The translations under genes were made by a program, and so were the position numbers. 64,000 nucleotides of DNA from the human T2T-CHM13v2.0 reference genome, Homo sapiens, in assembly GCF_009914755.1 (NCBI RefSeq), contig NC_060926.1. One strand, given 5' to 3'. Positions 57,176-64,000 of the stretch are shown here, piece by piece. The first letter of the stretch is position 1. Every line of letters starts with the position of its first letter. Under the pieces are notes generated by a model. That model had not been told where the DNA came from and searched no databases. It worked only from the letters and a program-made list of their open reading frames with translations.

Positions 57176-59444
57176 AAAATACTAATGCATGAAAATTGCT
57201 TTCAAAAAACTTTCAGGAAGCTTCCTGAACATAGCTTTCCCTCCTTTGGCTGAAGCTTGGGTATTTGTTTCCAGAGCATTAAACAGTACAGGTCCTAGTT
57301 TAAAAGGCACTTTGTTGCTTTATGTTTGGAAGGGATTTGACTAGATCTGGAAACACAGTCTCCATCCCTGGTTCTTAAAAATCCAAGTCTGAGTAGAAGA
57401 CTGTAAAATATATCCTGCTATTGTTAACATTGCTTTCAGGAGGCCTTTAAGTATGCTCTGAAAACAAATACCCAAACTTCCAGAAGAAGGGCAGCAAATC
57501 CCCAAGTAATAGGCCAATGAGACAGACTCTGGAAGTCTGGGCCACCTTCTCAGTGCCACAGATAGAGGGAGAAAAATTCACAGCCGACAGAGACATTCAG
57601 ACCCACTGCAATGAGGGCAACAGACAAGGAAGTCTAATTCCAGTCAGGACCAACTGCCATGGATCTGAATTTTAGCCAGTGGGTAATCCTGTGGTAGTCC
57701 CTTTGATCTCCCTGAGTCTCTGCTGAAGTTTGGAGTTTATGTGACAAGTGATTGAGGGCTTATGCTATCATCAACATAGTTCTTTCTCAAACTCCAGTTT
57801 ATAGAATTTTTTTTTTATTAAGAACTTCTCACTGCAGGTAGAATAAAATCCAAACTTCTATTATGACATATGAGACACCATGTTGTCCAATTCCTGCCCA
57901 CCTGCTCAAACCCTCTTTTCTATCAGTTTTCTCCTATTATTAGTATGTGTCCTACCACACTGGCCTTCATTCTACTCTCCAGATAAGCCAAGTGCATTCT
58001 CATTTAGGGCCTCTGCTGTTGCTGTCTACTCTGTCTGGAACACTTTTCACCATGGTAGAGCTCCCCATGGTGCCCAGGCCAACTTCTTGTCACCTCAGAA
58101 GGTCTTCCCTGCCCAACCATTCCAAAATTGACCTCTATTCAATAATATTTTCTTAATTGCACTTTACACCATGTAAAAGTATGTAGTTGATTTATAATGT
58201 TTACTTATTTCTGTCTCCTCTCTTATATCAGATTAGTACCTCAGTTGAGAATAGTGATTTAATCTGCTTATTTATGGCTCTATCTCTTGTGCCTGAAACA
58301 GTGCATTTATATAACAGATGCTCAATAAATGTGTTAAATGCATGATAAGTAAACTTTTTAAATTTAATTCCTTTATTAATTTCAGATATTTAACATGTCT
58401 CAATGGTGAGAAGAAAGGTTAATAACAGCAAATTGTATTTACTTTCTCCGTGTCAATATATATTTTGAGTGAGGTGAGTTTTAGTTGTGTCCACCTCTCA
58501 AACACTTGTAATGCTAAGTGGGCACATCATCAGTGTATCAAGGGGACTGCTTCCCTCTCATGCTGAGTGGGAATTTTGTCAGAATGTTCCTGCTATTCTG
58601 GCTCCTGCTGCCCAAAAGGTACAGGGCCATATGTCCCTACAACAATTACAGAAAAAAATAGAACAAATCCTAGAATCCCGCCAAGTCAGAATATCAAGTT
58701 TTCTGCACATACCAGTTTTTTGTACTCAGATGGAAACTGTTAAAAGTGAATTGCTCAGCTGTATTCTAAGACACATCTCACCCAATATGATCTCTAGCAT
58801 CTCAATCAGCAGTAACAAGAAATAACACAGGCAAGAAAAGTAGGCCCTCCCTTTTCCTTTCCTCAAGTTTTTAAAAGCTCCTTTTTAGATAGGTTCTAAT
58901 ATTCATAAACTTGGAACAAAAAAATGAAATGTATTTCCAGCAAATAGGGAGCTTGAAATATTCTCACAGTAATTGCTAGCAATGCTGTATTGTAGAGTCT
59001 TGAATTAGGTGTAACCAGGCACACAAATGAAATAGGCAGTTTAAGTCAGAAATCTATCCTCATTTTCTATACTATATGTATATATGGTTTCTATGATAGC
59101 TATGAAAAAGGCATTATACTAAGTGGCAACATCCCTTCTCACTATTGAAAATAGCTGACTAATGTATACATCTATATACCCACAAAAATAAAAATAAATT
59201 TTAAAAAGAAAGAAAATAGCTCACTTTCTTGAACTTCTTACCCATAGGCATCAAAAAATTTGACACTAGACTTGCTGTCTTTGACTTTTGCCTCATTATT
59301 CATCACCATTTGGAGGCACTTCAGTGCCTGTGTCAACAACCTGAACAACTAAGAGTGGTTTACAAATAAGATTTTATTTCTGACATTAAAAGAGGTCCAG
59401 AGTCAGGCTGTTCCTGGGTTGGTTCATCCCATATGATGTCATTA

Positions 59445-61107
<1,663 letters not shown>

Positions 61108-61507
61108 AGAAATCAAGAGCTTTGTAGCTTTCTACTTCACTATCACCAGGTAGCAACAAGGATTCTATTGTTGGCCCCGAGATGGCTGCAGGAGTGCTAA
61201 GCATCATACCCTCTCCCAAAAAATGTCCAAAAGCAAGAATGGAAGGGGCATTTGTAGGTTTTCCTTGGGCATTTCTTTTTTCTTAACCAGAAAAAAAAAT
61301 ATTTTCAAAAATCCCACCCAGCAGACCTCCTATCATGTCCTATTGTTTAGAATTGGGCAACATGCCTGTGCTGTAGCTTCCAGAGAGACTGGGAAAGGTG
61401 TTTTCAGCTTCCAGGTGGGAGGTGAGACCTACTAAAAAGGAAAAAGAATTTGGGGATGAATATTGATGAGGCAACTAACAGTGTGCTATCTCCTTTTTCC
61501 CCCCAGG

Positions 61508-62605
61508 CTGTATAATTCATCTACAACTGGATAACAAAAAAACTTTAAATGTATTGACTTAAAGCAACAATGATTTGTTATTCATTATGATTCTGTGAGT
61601 TGGATGAAGTCAGCTCAGTAGTTCCGCTCTATGAGGTATCAACTGAATGTACTTACATTTAGCTGGAAGCTCAGCTGGGGCTGAAATATCCAAGATGGCT
61701 TCATTTGCATGTCTGGCATCTCATCTGGAGCGGCTGGAATGGGTGGAAACTAGCTGGGCCTATCTCTTTTCATGTGGTCCCTCATGATGAGTAGTCTAGC
61801 CTGAGCTTTTAAAAAATGACATTGAGTTTCAAGAGAGTAAAAGCAGAAGCTGTCATGCCTCTTAAGGCCCAGGTCTAGAATTGGAATAGCATTACTTTTG
61901 CTTCTTGCTGTTAGTCAAACAAGTCACAAGGGGAAATGGAAATAAAGCCCTTCAGTTGCTGGCAGGTGAAACAGTCACATTAAAAAAGGGAATGTATATA
62001 TGGACAGAAGGAATTTTTGGCAGCCGTCTTTGCAGATAGGCTAATACAGTGGACCCTGTGGGTGTGGTTGTCAGTGGTTAACATCCCTCCCATTTGCAAA
62101 ATATGTTCACTTTCTTTCAAGTCTCACCCAATTATGATATCAAGTGAAAAATCCAGTATCTCATAAATGTCGCTCTTTGAGTGTGCTCCTCTTATTCTGG
62201 GAACCTAGGAACTAAAAACACATGTTATCGTCCCACACAAATCCAACATACAATAATGAGACAGAGGATAATCAAGATAGATGCACCCATTCAAAAGGGA
62301 AAAATATAGAAAGCATATCACAGTCACTGGTCCATAGCAATTCTGAAATTCAGGAGAGCATATGTTGCCAGTTTCATAGACCCTGAGAAAGAAAATGTTC
62401 CTATCTCACATCCAGATCTGCTCTCTGAGAGTGGTTCCCTAATTCATCATTCTCAGCAGCTCTTGGCTCTAGCCTCTGGGCTTTTGGTTCTGCCTCCATT
62501 TTATTCTTCTTTTCAGCAAGAAATGGCCCATGATTACAGCCAAGTAGCTTTTTCAGCCTTCTTTTTGTCCATAAAACATTGGAGGTACAGAGGCTTTTAA
62601 TGTTA
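61508..62605 (-). mobile_element. Old MaLR LTR (MLT1H/I-like) plus adjoining internal sequence
   Basis: gacttaaagcaacaatgattt...tccaagatggcttca...aagtcacaagg; then acatccctcccat.tgcaaaata. Confidence 0.7.
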
Positions 62606-62609
62606 AACT

Positions 62610-63215
62610 TGTAAACCAAACATAAAATTCCAAGCCACCCAACCATCTCAATGGACCCCTCCTCTCAGCCAAGGACATTCCAAAGTTAACCTGAAAAACT
62701 AGTTCATGCCATGATGGGAAAAGGGACTCAGACATGCCTCATTATACTCTCCTCCCTTTTGGAATTCAGGCACAGCTGACCAGCATTAACATCAACACTG
62801 AGACCTAAAGACTGTTAGAACAGACTCTTTTAAGTCTGATAAGAAACCTTTACAATCTAATGTCTCTGAAGCCTGCTACCTAAAGCTTCATCTGCATGAT
62901 AAATTCCCTTTTATTAATTCCAGGTCTTAAGATAATAACTCAACCAATTCCCAATCAGAAAACCTTTGAATCTGCCTGTGACCTGCAAGCCTCCACTTTC
63001 AGTAGTCCTGCTTCTCTGGACTGAGCTAATATTCATCTTACATGTATCGATTGATGTCTTATGTCTCCCTAAATGTATAAAGCCAAGCTGTAGCCTGATC
63101 ACCTTGGGCACATGTCATCAGGACCTTCTGAGGCTGTGTCACAGGCATGTCCTTAACATTGGAAAAATGAACTTCTAAATTGACTGAGGCTTGTCACAGA
63201 TACTTTTAGCTTACA
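62610..63215 (+). mobile_element. MER4A/B-like ERV1 solo LTR
   Basis: TG...CA termini (tgtaaacc...ttaca), 4-bp TSD aact, and caccttgggcacatgtcatcaggacc. Confidence 0.88.
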
Positions 63216-63310
63216 AACTGTTTGTAAATGGACAAAACTCCTACAGAAACTTTGTGAGCTTACTTTATGTAGTTCACTTATCTTACGGATATCATGTACA
63301 TGTGTGAATT

Positions 63311-64000
63311 GTGATATAATAAGAAATATGTATTTTGATCTTCATCACTGGCTTCTGGACAGAGCTCCTAAAATCCTTGTAATTCCCAAGAGATAAAAGC
63401 AAAAATTGAATTTTTTGTTGTTGTTGTTATAGTATTAGTCTTTTGTCCCTAGCTCCTGAAACAACTCAGAAAGATAAAGGAAAAAGGCGCATCTTTTGTT
63501 ATTCAAAACATCCCTTTCAACCACACCTGAGTTTATGATAATGAGGTGACTTTCAGAAGCCCCCTAAGGATCAGGGGACTAGTTGCCAGGGAAGCTCACC
63601 CTGTGATTACAGAGTTGGAACTTTTAGCTTCACCCCCAATGTTGAGGGAGGGGAAAGGGGCTGGAGGTTAAGTTAATCACCAATGCCAGTATTTCATGAA
63701 TCATTCCTACTTGATAAAGCTCCATAAAAGCCCTAAATGAAGGAGTTCTGAGAGCTTCTGGGTTGGTGAACACATGGAGGTGCTGAGAGAGTTGTGCTCC
63801 ATGCCTCTCCCCCATTTTTCACCCTATGAATCTATTCCATTTGGCTGTTTCTGAGTTATATCCTTTATAATAAATTGGTAACCATAAGTAAATGTTTCCC
63901 AGAGTTTTGTGAGCCATTCTAGCAAATTATTGAAAGAAAGAGGGGTTTCCTCCAATGTATAGCTCGTCCTTCAGAAGTAAATGAAGTTGAGACTTGTGAT
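63311..64000 (+). mobile_element. MER21-like LTR, running past the window end
   Basis: tgtgatataataagaaatat...cagagctcctaaaa...gagagcttctgggttggtgaacacatggaggtgct. Confidence 0.82.

Overview
This is primate genomic DNA, human-like, AT-rich and dense in repeats. It contains the 5' end of CERKL (ceramide kinase-like, the RP26 retinal dystrophy gene) on the minus strand. Coding exon 1 (ATG at 53108, donor after 52871) lies in a CpG island. It is followed by a 52,662-bp intron 1 (209-52870) and most of exon 2 (208 down to the window edge). The last ~11 kb is upstream intergenic DNA. Nearly everything else is interspersed repeat: Alus, a decayed ~6.7-kb L1MA, a young twin-primed L1PA2, L2/MIR, MaLR/ERV LTRs and DNA transposons. 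I found no evidence of a new gene or a novel biological system. The best observations are: (1) a perfect 13-nt copy of the exon-1 splice donor inside exon 1, out of frame; (2) a base-resolved twin-priming L1 inversion; (3) a ~570-bp purine/pyrimidine tract upstream of exon 2; (4) an unexplained ~100-bp dispersed duplication near exon 1; (5) CRX/OTX-type motif clusters. Repeat subfamily names and many repeat boundaries come from recalled consensus sequences, not alignment, so they are approximate.
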